A stretch of 64,000 bases of DNA, from positions 31,082 to 95,081 of the IMG/VR virus record IMGVR_UViG_3300042485_001470. One strand, written 5' to 3'. Position numbers and translations under genes: made by a program. How positions within the stretch are numbered: the stretch's first letter is position 1; each line of letters opens with the position of its first letter. The notes under the pieces are model-generated. The model did not search any database. It worked only from the letters and a program-made list of their open reading frames with translations, and had not been told where the DNA came from. Source of the stretch: a virus. Positions 48,510 through 57,372 of this stretch are shown one piece after another.

Positions 48510-49230
48510 GACGGATATACATTCTAACATAGAAAAAGATTTAATTGAAAGTACTAGAATTAATAGTATTGACTTGAATATAATTGGTAGAGGGTATAAA
48601 TGGCAAGGATTCGTTACTAAGTTTAAAATCTTAAAAGAATACCTTCCTACAATTGAAGCTGATTTGGTTTGTTTAACGGATTCGCGTGACGTATTATATA
48701 TGTCAGATTCTAAAACAATTTATAATACATTTATAAAAAAATTCGATAAAGATTCTATTGTATTTAATGGAGAAACTAATTGTTTTCCAGAAAAAGATTT
48801 TGCACCATTACATCCGCATCAAAATAAAAAATATAAATATTTGAACTCTGGTTGTGTAATTGGTAGCAAAAAATTATTAATTGAAGTAGTTGATAAGTGC
48901 TTGGAGTTGTATGAAACTTGTAAAATAAATGATGACCAATATCTACTTCAACAAATATTTTTAAGTGGAGAATATGGTGATAGATTTACTATTGATTATA
49001 ATTGTGAGATATTCCAATGTATTTGGGATGAGGAATATGGTAGAAGTAATAATTTTGATTTAGTATATTCTAAGGAAGAAATCTTTAATAGATTAACTGA
49101 TACATACCCATTAATATTTCATTATCCCGGCCCAACGTGTACCGGTTCTCAGGTTTGGAAAATTCTTAATAGAAGATATTATAAAATTTCAAACGATTCG
49201 TATTACAAACAAAAGAAAAATAAAAAATAA
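48481..49230 (+). CDS. GT-A glycosyltransferase resembling the PLOD/LH3 GT domain
   Basis: W.G..TK..IL..YL, V.LTDSRDV, F.GETNCFP, YLNSG..IG, DDQ, IDYNCEIFQ, FHYPG. Confidence 0.75.
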   Translation: MKKIHFLSIETDIHSNIEKDLIESTRINSIDLNIIGRGYKWQGFVTKFKILKEYLPTIEADLVCLTDSRDVLYMSDSKTIYNTFIKKFDKDSIVFNGETNCFPEKDFAPLHPHQNKKYKYLNSGCVIGSKKLLIEVVDKCLELYETCKINDDQYLLQQIFLSGEYGDRFTIDYNCEIFQCIWDEEYGRSNNFDLVYSKEEIFNRLTDTYPLIFHYPGPTCTGSQVWKILNRRYYKISNDSYYKQKKNKK

Positions 49231-50343
49231 ATGAAAGTATTAGTAATTCCAAATTACACAAACTTTGGCTCTAACAAAGATATAAATAGAGATTCATTTT
49301 TGCTTGTATTTAAAGCATTTTTAGATAACACTAAAATCGGTAAGGAGTGGGAATTTGTATTACCGTATCCAGATATGAATAACCATCCTGGCATTATTAA
49401 TCAATTCGAATATCCGAATGTATCACTTCGTAGGATGGACAGTTTAGATTGCTTTCCCCCTAAAATGAGAGTAGATTATCCGTATAAGTTTTTTAGTAGA
49501 CTAGTTGAAAAAGAACAATTCAATTTAATATGGTCACATTTACCTGAATGGACCCATGAATATAAAATTACTCGTATCTATAATAAGACTCAACCTATTA
49601 TCGGTTACTGCCATTGGTGGGAAATAAAAGATAATGGTGCACGAGATGATAATTCATTTTGGCGAAATATTAGAGGTATGTTGGATATGAAAGTATGTGG
49701 GGTAAACTCCCAATGGGTTAAAGATTTAGTTCTTAAAAGAGCAGCTGAAGATTTTCAACCTCATATTATTGAAAAGTTAGATGCAATTATTCAACCTTGG
49801 TATTTGGGTACGGATGAATTTGTAGAACCAGCCGCATATAAAAAGAAAACAATTGTATTCAATCATAGAGAAGGAATCTATACAGGTTCAGAGTGGTTCT
49901 TTGAAACTATGGATGAACTATGGAATGAAAGACAGGACTTTGAAGTATGGACTAGTTTAAAGGATATGAAAAAACCATACACAAAATATATTGGACATGC
50001 TGATAGAAGTGTATATATGAATCAATTATCACAAGCACATTTTGGTGTAGGGTGTTTCCAAACATATTCTGCTTGGAGTATGAGTACAACTGATGGACTT
50101 AGTAGGGGTGTACCATATCTATTACCAAATGGATTGTGTTATCCTGAAATGGTTGGTAAAGATTATCCACTTCTTTACGATGGTAAAGCTGAGTTTAAAG
50201 AAAAGGTAATTGGTTTATTGGATGAAACAATTGAAAGACCTGATGTAAGTGCTATTGCCAACGCATTACTATGGGAAAACTCATTAAAGAGTTGGGATAT
50301 TGAAAACAATTTTATTAATATGGCAAGAACATTTATAGATTAA
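49231..50343 (+). CDS. GT-B (GT4-like) glycosyltransferase adjacent to DNA polymerase
   Basis: IWSHLPE, YCHW, IVFNHR, WSMSTTDGLSRGVPYLLP...YPEM (GT-B nucleotide-sugar binding region). Confidence 0.65.
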   Translation: MKVLVIPNYTNFGSNKDINRDSFLLVFKAFLDNTKIGKEWEFVLPYPDMNNHPGIINQFEYPNVSLRRMDSLDCFPPKMRVDYPYKFFSRLVEKEQFNLIWSHLPEWTHEYKITRIYNKTQPIIGYCHWWEIKDNGARDDNSFWRNIRGMLDMKVCGVNSQWVKDLVLKRAAEDFQPHIIEKLDAIIQPWYLGTDEFVEPAAYKKKTIVFNHREGIYTGSEWFFETMDELWNERQDFEVWTSLKDMKKPYTKYIGHADRSVYMNQLSQAHFGVGCFQTYSAWSMSTTDGLSRGVPYLLPNGLCYPEMVGKDYPLLYDGKAEFKEKVIGLLDETIERPDVSAIANALLWENSLKSWDIENNFINMARTFID

Positions 50344-50344
50344 T

Positions 50345-52867
50345 ATGTATCAAAACTGTTATTATCAAAGAGAGAAGAATTTAGTACACATTTGGGATGA
50401 TAAATTAGGTTATCGTTCATTTCCATATACAAGATATGCGTATGAAAGGAGCCAAAACGGAGAATATACTTCTTTGTATGGTGATAAGCTTAGTAAGATT
50501 TTCAAATTTAAAAAAGATGATCCTGATTTATTTGAATCGGATGTACCCGAAACCACTCGTATATTAGTAGATGGTTATACCGATTCGGATATTCCATCGG
50601 AAGGGCATGTTATCCTTACATACGATATTGAGTGTGAGATGGATAGTGGTTTGCCTGATGTTGAGAAAGCGGAGAACGAACTTACAGCCATAGGTTTGCA
50701 CGATTCCGCAACTGACCATTATTGGGTTCTTATTATGGACAAAGATGGTAAGATGCAGGAAAGTAATAATGGTAATCGTAGTGTTATTCCTTTTAGAGAT
50801 GAGAGGGATATGTGTATGAAGTATCTTTCATTATACGAATATATCAATCCTACAATTGTAACGGGATGGAACATTGATTACTTCGATACTCCGTACCTAT
50901 ACAATCGTATTAAAAGAATATTGGGTGTTAAACATGCTAATAGATTATCACCTATTGGAGAATGTTTCTGGTCACCATATCGTAAAAGATTCTTTATGGC
51001 TGGTGTATCTTATTTAGATTACATTGGATTGTATAAATCTTACACTTATGTTGAGTTGGATAACTATCGTTTGGATACGGTAGCTATGAAAGAATTGGGT
51101 AGAGGTAAGGTAGAATATGCTGGTAACTTAGATGAGTTATTTAAAACCGATATTGAAAAGTTTATTGAGTATAACTTGGTAGACGTACAATTGGTGGTTG
51201 ACATGGAACGTAAATTACAATTCGTAGATTTGTGTAGAGGTATCTGCCACGCCGGACATGTACCCTATGAAGATTTTGTTTATTCATCTAAATTCTTAGA
51301 AGGTGCGATGTTATGTTACCTTAAAAGACAGAACATTGTAGCACCAAACAAACCTGCCGATAGACAAGAGATGATGCAGGCATTGAGAGATAATGAGCAA
51401 GAGAAATTCATTGGAGCTTATGTGAAGGCACCTATTGTTGGTAAATATGATTGGATATATGACTTGGATTTAACTTCACTATATCCATCAATCATTATGA
51501 CTACAAACATTTCACCAGAAACTAAAGTAGCTAAGATTAGTAATTGGGATGCACAAAAGTTTATGAAGGGTGAGATTGATACTTTTAATATTGGTGAGAA
51601 AACTATTACAAAAGAAAACCTTAGAAAGTTATTAGATGAAAGTAAATATGCAGTATCATCTAATGGTGTATTATATACAACGGATAAAGTAGGTTGTATT
51701 CCAGCTATCTTAGATTTATGGTTTGACCAAAGGGTTGAGTTTCGTAAGTTAGAGAAAAAATATGGTGAAGCTGGAGATAAAGAAAAATATGCATTCTATA
51801 AGAAAAGGCAGTTGGTTCAAAAGATTTTGTTGAACTCCTTATATGGAGTATTAGGATTACCTGCGTTTCGTTTCTATGATGTTGATAACGCTGAGGCCGT
51901 AACCCTAACAGGTCAGACGGTAATTAAATCTACTGCGGAAATGGTAAACATTAAATACAATAAAGAGTTAGGTAAGAAAGGTGAAGATTATAATATCTAC
52001 ATCGATACGGATTCGGTATTCTTTTCAGCAGTTCCATTGTTAGACCATAGATATCCTGAATGGAGAGCTGAAGATGATAAGGAAATTGCATTAAAGGTAG
52101 ATGCTATTGCTGGTGAAACGCAAGATTACCTAAATAGTTTCTATGATGTATTAGCAGAAAGAGTATTTAATGTAGCAAAAGAAAAACATAGATTCCAAAT
52201 CAAAAAAGAATTCGTAAGTAGAAGTGGTATTTGGATTGCTAAGAAAAGATACGCTCAATGGATTATTGCGGAGAATGGAATCCCAACCGATAGATTGGAT
52301 GTTAAGGGATTGGACGTAGTTCGGTCATCATATCCAGCAGAATTCCGTAAGTTTATGAGTGAGATTCTGATTTCAATTCTAAGAGGTGATGGTGAGATGA
52401 CATTAACTGATAGAATTTATGATTTCAAAAAATCGTTATCTACTATGAATGTTGTTAGTATAGCTAAGAACTCTGCAGTAAAAGAAATATCAAAATACAT
52501 TCCAAAGAAGAAAGATAATAGAGCAATGTTCCAATTTAATAGTGGAACTCCAGCGCACGTTAAAGCAGCAATTGCACATAATCAATTGTTGGTTCACTTC
52601 AAATGCGCAGCTAAGCACGCTCCTATGAGAGATGGTGATAAGATTAAGTGGGTATATTTAAAGCAAAATCCATTTGGATTAGATGCTGTTGGTTTCAAAG
52701 GACATGATGATCCTGAAGAAATAATGGACTTGGTGAGGACGTATATCGATTATGATAAAATCTTCGAAAGGGAATTATTGAAGAAACTGGAGGACTTCTA
52801 TGGGGCTTTGGGCTGGGGTGCAGTACTTTCCTCACAAAAAACCGCTGAACAATTCTTTTCTTTCTAA
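50345..52867 (+). CDS. Family B DNA polymerase
   Basis: Exo motifs YDIEC, GWNIDYFD, YNLVDV. Pol motifs DLDLTSLYPS, KILLNSLYG, YIDTDS, KKRY, KGLDVVRS. Confidence 0.96.
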   Translation: MYQNCYYQREKNLVHIWDDKLGYRSFPYTRYAYERSQNGEYTSLYGDKLSKIFKFKKDDPDLFESDVPETTRILVDGYTDSDIPSEGHVILTYDIECEMDSGLPDVEKAENELTAIGLHDSATDHYWVLIMDKDGKMQESNNGNRSVIPFRDERDMCMKYLSLYEYINPTIVTGWNIDYFDTPYLYNRIKRILGVKHANRLSPIGECFWSPYRKRFFMAGVSYLDYIGLYKSYTYVELDNYRLDTVAMKELGRGKVEYAGNLDELFKTDIEKFIEYNLVDVQLVVDMERKLQFVDLCRGICHAGHVPYEDFVYSSKFLEGAMLCYLKRQNIVAPNKPADRQEMMQALRDNEQEKFIGAYVKAPIVGKYDWIYDLDLTSLYPSIIMTTNISPETKVAKISNWDAQKFMKGEIDTFNIGEKTITKENLRKLLDESKYAVSSNGVLYTTDKVGCIPAILDLWFDQRVEFRKLEKKYGEAGDKEKYAFYKKRQLVQKILLNSLYGVLGLPAFRFYDVDNAEAVTLTGQTVIKSTAEMVNIKYNKELGKKGEDYNIYIDTDSVFFSAVPLLDHRYPEWRAEDDKEIALKVDAIAGETQDYLNSFYDVLAERVFNVAKEKHRFQIKKEFVSRSGIWIAKKRYAQWIIAENGIPTDRLDVKGLDVVRSSYPAEFRKFMSEILISILRGDGEMTLTDRIYDFKKSLSTMNVVSIAKNSAVKEISKYIPKKKDNRAMFQFNSGTPAHVKAAIAHNQLLVHFKCAAKHAPMRDGDKIKWVYLKQNPFGLDAVGFKGHDDPEEIMDLVRTYIDYDKIFERELLKKLEDFYGALGWGAVLSSQKTAEQFFSF

Positions 52868-52871
52868 AAGA

Positions 52872-52903
52872 TTTGGTGGTTTCAGGTATTTTTCGTATAT
52901 TTG
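52872..52903 (+). promoter_or_regulatory. Bacteroidota-type promoter
   Basis: TTTG-N20-TATATTTG. Confidence 0.75.
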
Positions 52904-52942
52904 TGTATTATAAACTTTAAATAAATTAAAACTAAATTCGTT

Positions 52943-53638
52943 ATGAACAAAAGTAAATTCGATGGCTTTATCAATCGTTACAACCTTGGCGGTGAGATTG
53001 AATCCGTTATGATTAAATCTGATGATAGTAATCTATCTGTAAGAATGATTTCCGATGACAAAACCTTATTAGGTGATGTTACTGTGGTAGAAGGTGATTT
53101 CCCTAATGGTGAATTCGGTATCTATACTACATCTCAATTGAAAGGATTATTGAGTGTGTTAGATGAGGCAATTTCAGTTGAAGAAGTGACTGGAGCAGTT
53201 AAGTTCTCTGATAAAGGAACTAAGGTACAATATATGTTAGCAGCACCATCGGTGATTCCTGCAGTACCTGATTTGAAAGCATTACCACCATTTGATGTGG
53301 AGGTAACATTGAATGATGACTTTATTAATAAGTTCATCAAATCTAAAGGAGCGTTATCTGATGCAGATACATTCACATTCACTTCTAAAGCTGGTAAATC
53401 TGAAATAATTTTAGGTTATTCTTCAATCAACTCAAATAGAATCTCTATTGATGTTGCTACCAATTCAACCGAAGATATTGAACCAATTGCATTTTCTGCA
53501 AAGTATTTGAAAGCTATCTTAATGGCTAACAAAGGTTCTAAATCTTCTTCATTGAAAATCTCATCTAAGGGATTATCACACGTATCATTTGTTGATGGAG
53601 ATTACACTTCAAACTATTACTTAGTAGAAATTAAATAA
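52943..53638 (+). CDS. Sliding clamp (gp45/PCNA-like)
   Basis: 231 aa, FGIYTTSQL..LL, FSAKYLKAIL, KISSKGL, NYYLV. Sits between PolB and the clamp loader. Confidence 0.75.
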   Translation: MNKSKFDGFINRYNLGGEIESVMIKSDDSNLSVRMISDDKTLLGDVTVVEGDFPNGEFGIYTTSQLKGLLSVLDEAISVEEVTGAVKFSDKGTKVQYMLAAPSVIPAVPDLKALPPFDVEVTLNDDFINKFIKSKGALSDADTFTFTSKAGKSEIILGYSSINSNRISIDVATNSTEDIEPIAFSAKYLKAILMANKGSKSSSLKISSKGLSHVSFVDGDYTSNYYLVEIK

Positions 53639-53643
53639 TTATT

Positions 53644-54855
53644 ATGAGCTTTTGGGAAACTGAACCACAAAAACCTGTCTTTGACTTTGAATCTGAAAAG
53701 AGAAAGTTAATAGAAAATATGGACTATCTGATGACAATGTCTGTGCAAGAACAAACACTATACAAAAAGTGGGTGGAATTGCAAGAACCATCAATGATTC
53801 AGGCTAAAGCCCAAATCGCATCGTATTATGACTCTCAATGGAAACCAACTGATATCAACAATAAGGAGCTAACGATAAAAGAAATTGAATCGTTAGACCC
53901 TTACGTTGAGATTGTGGAAGACCCTAAAGAATCTACTAAATGGGCAGCGGTAAGACGTATGATTCATACAATGGATTTTACAGCAAACCCTGGCCGTAAT
54001 GTAAAGATTAATGTAAAGGATAGAGTAAGTGGAAAACTATTAGGACAGATTTCATTAGCATCCGATGTAACAGCTATGGCAGTTAGAGATAACTTCATTG
54101 GTTGGACTAAGGATAATAAGTTTGTTGATGGTAAGTTGAACAATACTACTATTGCCTCTACTATTGTATGTACTCAGCCATTAGGATACAATTTCTTAGG
54201 TGGTAAGTTAATCGCTATGATGACAACTACGCCGGAGGTTAGAGCATATTGGAAAGAGAAGTATAAGAACGTATTGATTGCAGTAGGTACAACATCCCTT
54301 TACGGAATTCATTCACAATACAATGGTATTCCTTTATTTAAAACACTTGGAGAATCTGCTGGTAAAATCAGTATGAAGCCGGATGATAAATTCTATGACC
54401 CTTGGCATCAATGGATTAAGGAAAATCATTCAGAGTGGTATGATGAAAACATTACTAGAGAAAGAGCTCGTAATGGTGCTAATATGGGATACGAAGCTAA
54501 TGGACCTGTTAGTGGTATCAAACAAAAGATATTAGGAAAAATTTTCAAAGAGTGTAGTATTAAAGCTAACGAATACCATCATGGATTTAAAAGAGGTGTG
54601 TATATGGCTATGATGTATGAGAACGGATGTGAATTCCTTCGTAACGAAATCACCGAAGATAAATTAATCATCAAAGATAAATTTAAGCAAGGTACTGAAT
54701 ACATTAACAAATGGTGGAAGAAACACGCAATCAGTAGATATACAAAACTGCATGATGAAGGAAGGATTAAACCCGAACACTTATTCTACATAGATGCTAT
54801 TGGAATTAGTTGGGAAGAAATGAAAGCTAAATACCTATCAGAAGTAGGAAGATAA
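53644..54855 (+). CDS. DUF4338 / Druantia DruA-like protein
   Basis: PGRN..I.V.D..SGKLLG.ISLAS, RDNFIGW, QPLGYNFLGGKLIAM, WKEKY, TTSLYG..SQYN, LGESAG. Confidence 0.7.
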   Translation: MSFWETEPQKPVFDFESEKRKLIENMDYLMTMSVQEQTLYKKWVELQEPSMIQAKAQIASYYDSQWKPTDINNKELTIKEIESLDPYVEIVEDPKESTKWAAVRRMIHTMDFTANPGRNVKINVKDRVSGKLLGQISLASDVTAMAVRDNFIGWTKDNKFVDGKLNNTTIASTIVCTQPLGYNFLGGKLIAMMTTTPEVRAYWKEKYKNVLIAVGTTSLYGIHSQYNGIPLFKTLGESAGKISMKPDDKFYDPWHQWIKENHSEWYDENITRERARNGANMGYEANGPVSGIKQKILGKIFKECSIKANEYHHGFKRGVYMAMMYENGCEFLRNEITEDKLIIKDKFKQGTEYINKWWKKHAISRYTKLHDEGRIKPEHLFYIDAIGISWEEMKAKYLSEVGR

Positions 54856-54866
54856 AAAATAAAATT

Positions 54867-55223
54867 ATGGCAAAAACTAAAAAAACAAAAAAAGAAGAAG
54901 TGATTGAATTTAAATCACCAGAGGTTACTCTATCACAAAAAAAGTATGAAGAATGTGAGTGGTGTTTTCAATTTGATGAAGATGAACCACAAATATTTGC
55001 TTGGACAGATAATGAATCGGATAAAAATGAAGACCCTAAAGTAATTTTTACAATTACAAATGTTGAGAATTCATATATAACTTTTCAGAATGGAAAGACT
55101 GGTAAAGTATTTAAACTATTTGCTAGAGAACTTACAAATGAAGGCATAGAATTGAGAAATAAACAAAAAGAATCTTTTAAAACTATTACAAATGCAAGTG
55201 AAAATAAAGAGGCTGAAGCCTAA
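54867..55223 (+). CDS. Hypothetical protein
   Basis: 118-aa ORF within the operon. Confidence 0.6.
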   Translation: MAKTKKTKKEEVIEFKSPEVTLSQKKYEECEWCFQFDEDEPQIFAWTDNESDKNEDPKVIFTITNVENSYITFQNGKTGKVFKLFARELTNEGIELRNKQKESFKTITNASENKEAEA

Positions 55224-55656
55224 TGCAGTAATTCCTACTTACGCTAAAGAAGGTGATGCTGGTATGGATTTAGTAGCAACGGAAATCATTAAAGATACAC
55301 CTGAACAAATTACATACGGAACTGGTATTGCGATGGAAATTAGAGATGGTTTTGTAGGATTGGTATTTCCTCGTTCATCAATCCGAAAGACTGGTTTACA
55401 ATTAAGTAATTCGGTTGGAGTTATTGATAGTGGGTATAGGGGAGAACTTCAAGCTACTTTTAACAAAGTGTTTGGTGGAGAACGTATGTATGATGAAACA
55501 AAAAATACGGAAGATACATCAAATAATTTCTATAAAGTAGGTGATAGAATTGCACAAATTATGATTATCCCACATCCACAAATTGAGTTTGATGAAGTAG
55601 ATGAACTTTCAGATTCAGAAAGAGGTGAAGGTGGATTTGGTTCAACTGGAAAATAA
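55192..55656 (+). CDS. dut: Trimeric dUTPase
   Basis: DAGMDL, PRSSI, GVIDSGYRGE, GDRIAQ, RGEGGFGSTG. Confidence 0.95.
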   Translation: MQVKIKRLKPNAVIPTYAKEGDAGMDLVATEIIKDTPEQITYGTGIAMEIRDGFVGLVFPRSSIRKTGLQLSNSVGVIDSGYRGELQATFNKVFGGERMYDETKNTEDTSNNFYKVGDRIAQIMIIPHPQIEFDEVDELSDSERGEGGFGSTGK

Positions 55657-55666
55657 AAAATAAAAT

Positions 55667-56608
55667 ATGTTTATAGAACAAACGGAAGAAAAAGTAAATA
55701 ATAATTTATGGGTAGAGAAATATCGCCCATCAAAGCTTGAGGATTATGTAGGTAACGAACATCTAAAATCAAAAGTAGAAGGTTACTTAGAAACAGGCGA
55801 AATTCCACATTTACTTTTGTATGGAAAGGCCGGTACTGGTAAAACTACATTAGCAAAGTTAATTATAAAATCAATTGAATGTGATTATATGATTATCAAC
55901 GCATCTTCGGAAAACAATGTGGATACGGTAAGAAATAAGGTAACTAACTTTGCATCTTCAATGGGATTCAAGCCATTTAAGATTATTATATTGGATGAGT
56001 TTGATTATATGACTCACAACGCACAAGCTATCTTAAGAAACTTAATGGAAACGTTTAGTGCGCATTGTAGATTCATCTTAACTTGTAATTATGTTGAGAA
56101 AGTAATTGACCCGATTCAAAGTAGATGTCAATCATTTCAGATTGTACCTCCAACTAAAAAAGATGTTGCAATGCAAATTAGTAAAATCTTAAAGAATGAG
56201 GATATTGAATTTGAAATTAAGGATTTAGTTCCAATCATTGATGCGGCCTATCCCGATATTCGTAAGATTATCAATACTTGTCAATTAAACTCAAACAAAG
56301 GTAAGTTGAAAGTGGATGTACAAAATCTATTAGAGAATGATTACAAAAATAAAATTGTGGATATCTTAAAATCTTCGGATGATAAGAGAAACAAATATAT
56401 GAAAGTAAGACAGGCTCTTATTGATTCTAAAGTTACGGATTTTACTGATTTATATACAATGTTATATAATAAAGTAGATGAGTATGGTGGAGAAAACACT
56501 TCTAATGTAATCTTACTATTAGGAGATGGTGTAAGTAAATCAGCAGTAGCAATCGATAAAGAAATTATCGCAGCAGCTACATTAATTCAAATTTTAAATA
56601 TTATATAA
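55667..56608 (+). CDS. Clamp loader AAA+ subunit (gp44/RFC-like)
   Basis: WVEKYRP, GKAGTGKTT, ILDEFD, CNY, IQSRC, PDIRKIIN. Confidence 0.93.
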   Translation: MFIEQTEEKVNNNLWVEKYRPSKLEDYVGNEHLKSKVEGYLETGEIPHLLLYGKAGTGKTTLAKLIIKSIECDYMIINASSENNVDTVRNKVTNFASSMGFKPFKIIILDEFDYMTHNAQAILRNLMETFSAHCRFILTCNYVEKVIDPIQSRCQSFQIVPPTKKDVAMQISKILKNEDIEFEIKDLVPIIDAAYPDIRKIINTCQLNSNKGKLKVDVQNLLENDYKNKIVDILKSSDDKRNKYMKVRQALIDSKVTDFTDLYTMLYNKVDEYGGENTSNVILLLGDGVSKSAVAIDKEIIAAATLIQILNII

Positions 56609-56871
56609 TGGCAAACATTTTAGGAGCAGGTGGGCAACCAATTGGAGAAAGAGAAGAAGTTAAACTCGAATTAGATAAAACCGAACCAATTGCATGTAAA
56701 AAATGCGGTGGTGAGATTTTCGTACAAGGTTTTGGATTCCGTAGAATTTCTAAGTTATTAACTGGAAAACCAAAAGATGAAACATTACCAGTAGAATTAT
56801 TCCTATGTGGAGATTGTGGTGAAGTTCTTAATGAATTATTACCAGCTGGATTAAAAATAGAAGAAAACTAA
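56608..56871 (+). CDS. Zn-ribbon protein
   Basis: CKKCG...CGDCG. Confidence 0.7.
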   Translation: MANILGAGGQPIGEREEVKLELDKTEPIACKKCGGEIFVQGFGFRRISKLLTGKPKDETLPVELFLCGDCGEVLNELLPAGLKIEEN

Positions 56872-56873
56872 TT

Positions 56874-57323
56874 ATGGCGAAAACATTATTCGACCACTTA
56901 AACGCAATTACTGATAAGAAAGACCCAAAGTATTGGGATTCATTGGAAGAAAGTGATAAGAAAACTTGGAGTAACTATATGATACTCCGTTTTCTTTCAA
57001 TGAAACCTGAATGGGTTGAACTTGTTGCCGATATACAACCTTACTTACAAGAGGCTCCTCCTAAAGCAATGTATTTGGCATTGATAGGTTTGATTCCAAA
57101 GACAAGAGCATTTCTGAAATATATGAAACCAGCTTCATCTGAAAAGTATGAAGATTGGATTGTTAAATTGGTAGCTCAATTCTATGAGGTATCTGAAACT
57201 GAATCAGAAGATTACCTTAAAATCCTTTATGAAACTACCAGCGGTAAGATGCATATTAAGGAAATTGCAGAGAATTATGGTACTGACCCTAAGCAAATTA
57301 CTAAGTTAAAACTCAAAGTTTAA
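56874..57323 (+). CDS. Clamp loader small subunit-like protein (gp62-like)
   Basis: LFDHLNAI..KK, WSNYMILRFLSM, LVAQFYEVS..E..DY. Adjacent to the gp44-like gene. Confidence 0.6.
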   Translation: MAKTLFDHLNAITDKKDPKYWDSLEESDKKTWSNYMILRFLSMKPEWVELVADIQPYLQEAPPKAMYLALIGLIPKTRAFLKYMKPASSEKYEDWIVKLVAQFYEVSETESEDYLKILYETTSGKMHIKEIAENYGTDPKQITKLKLKV

Positions 57324-57355
57324 TTTGGTTTACTCGGGTATTTTTCGTATCTTTA
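57324..57355 (+). promoter_or_regulatory. Bacteroidota-type promoter (TATCTTTA variant)
   Basis: TTTG-N20-TATCTTTA. Confidence 0.55.
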
Positions 57356-57372
57356 TACAATAAAACAACATA

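Noticed and set aside
36233-52867. Introns or inteins in recA, helicase, nrdA/B or polB
   Set aside because: All are continuous, normal-length ORFs without intein or homing-endonuclease insertions. The 67-aa HTH ORF lacks a nuclease domain.
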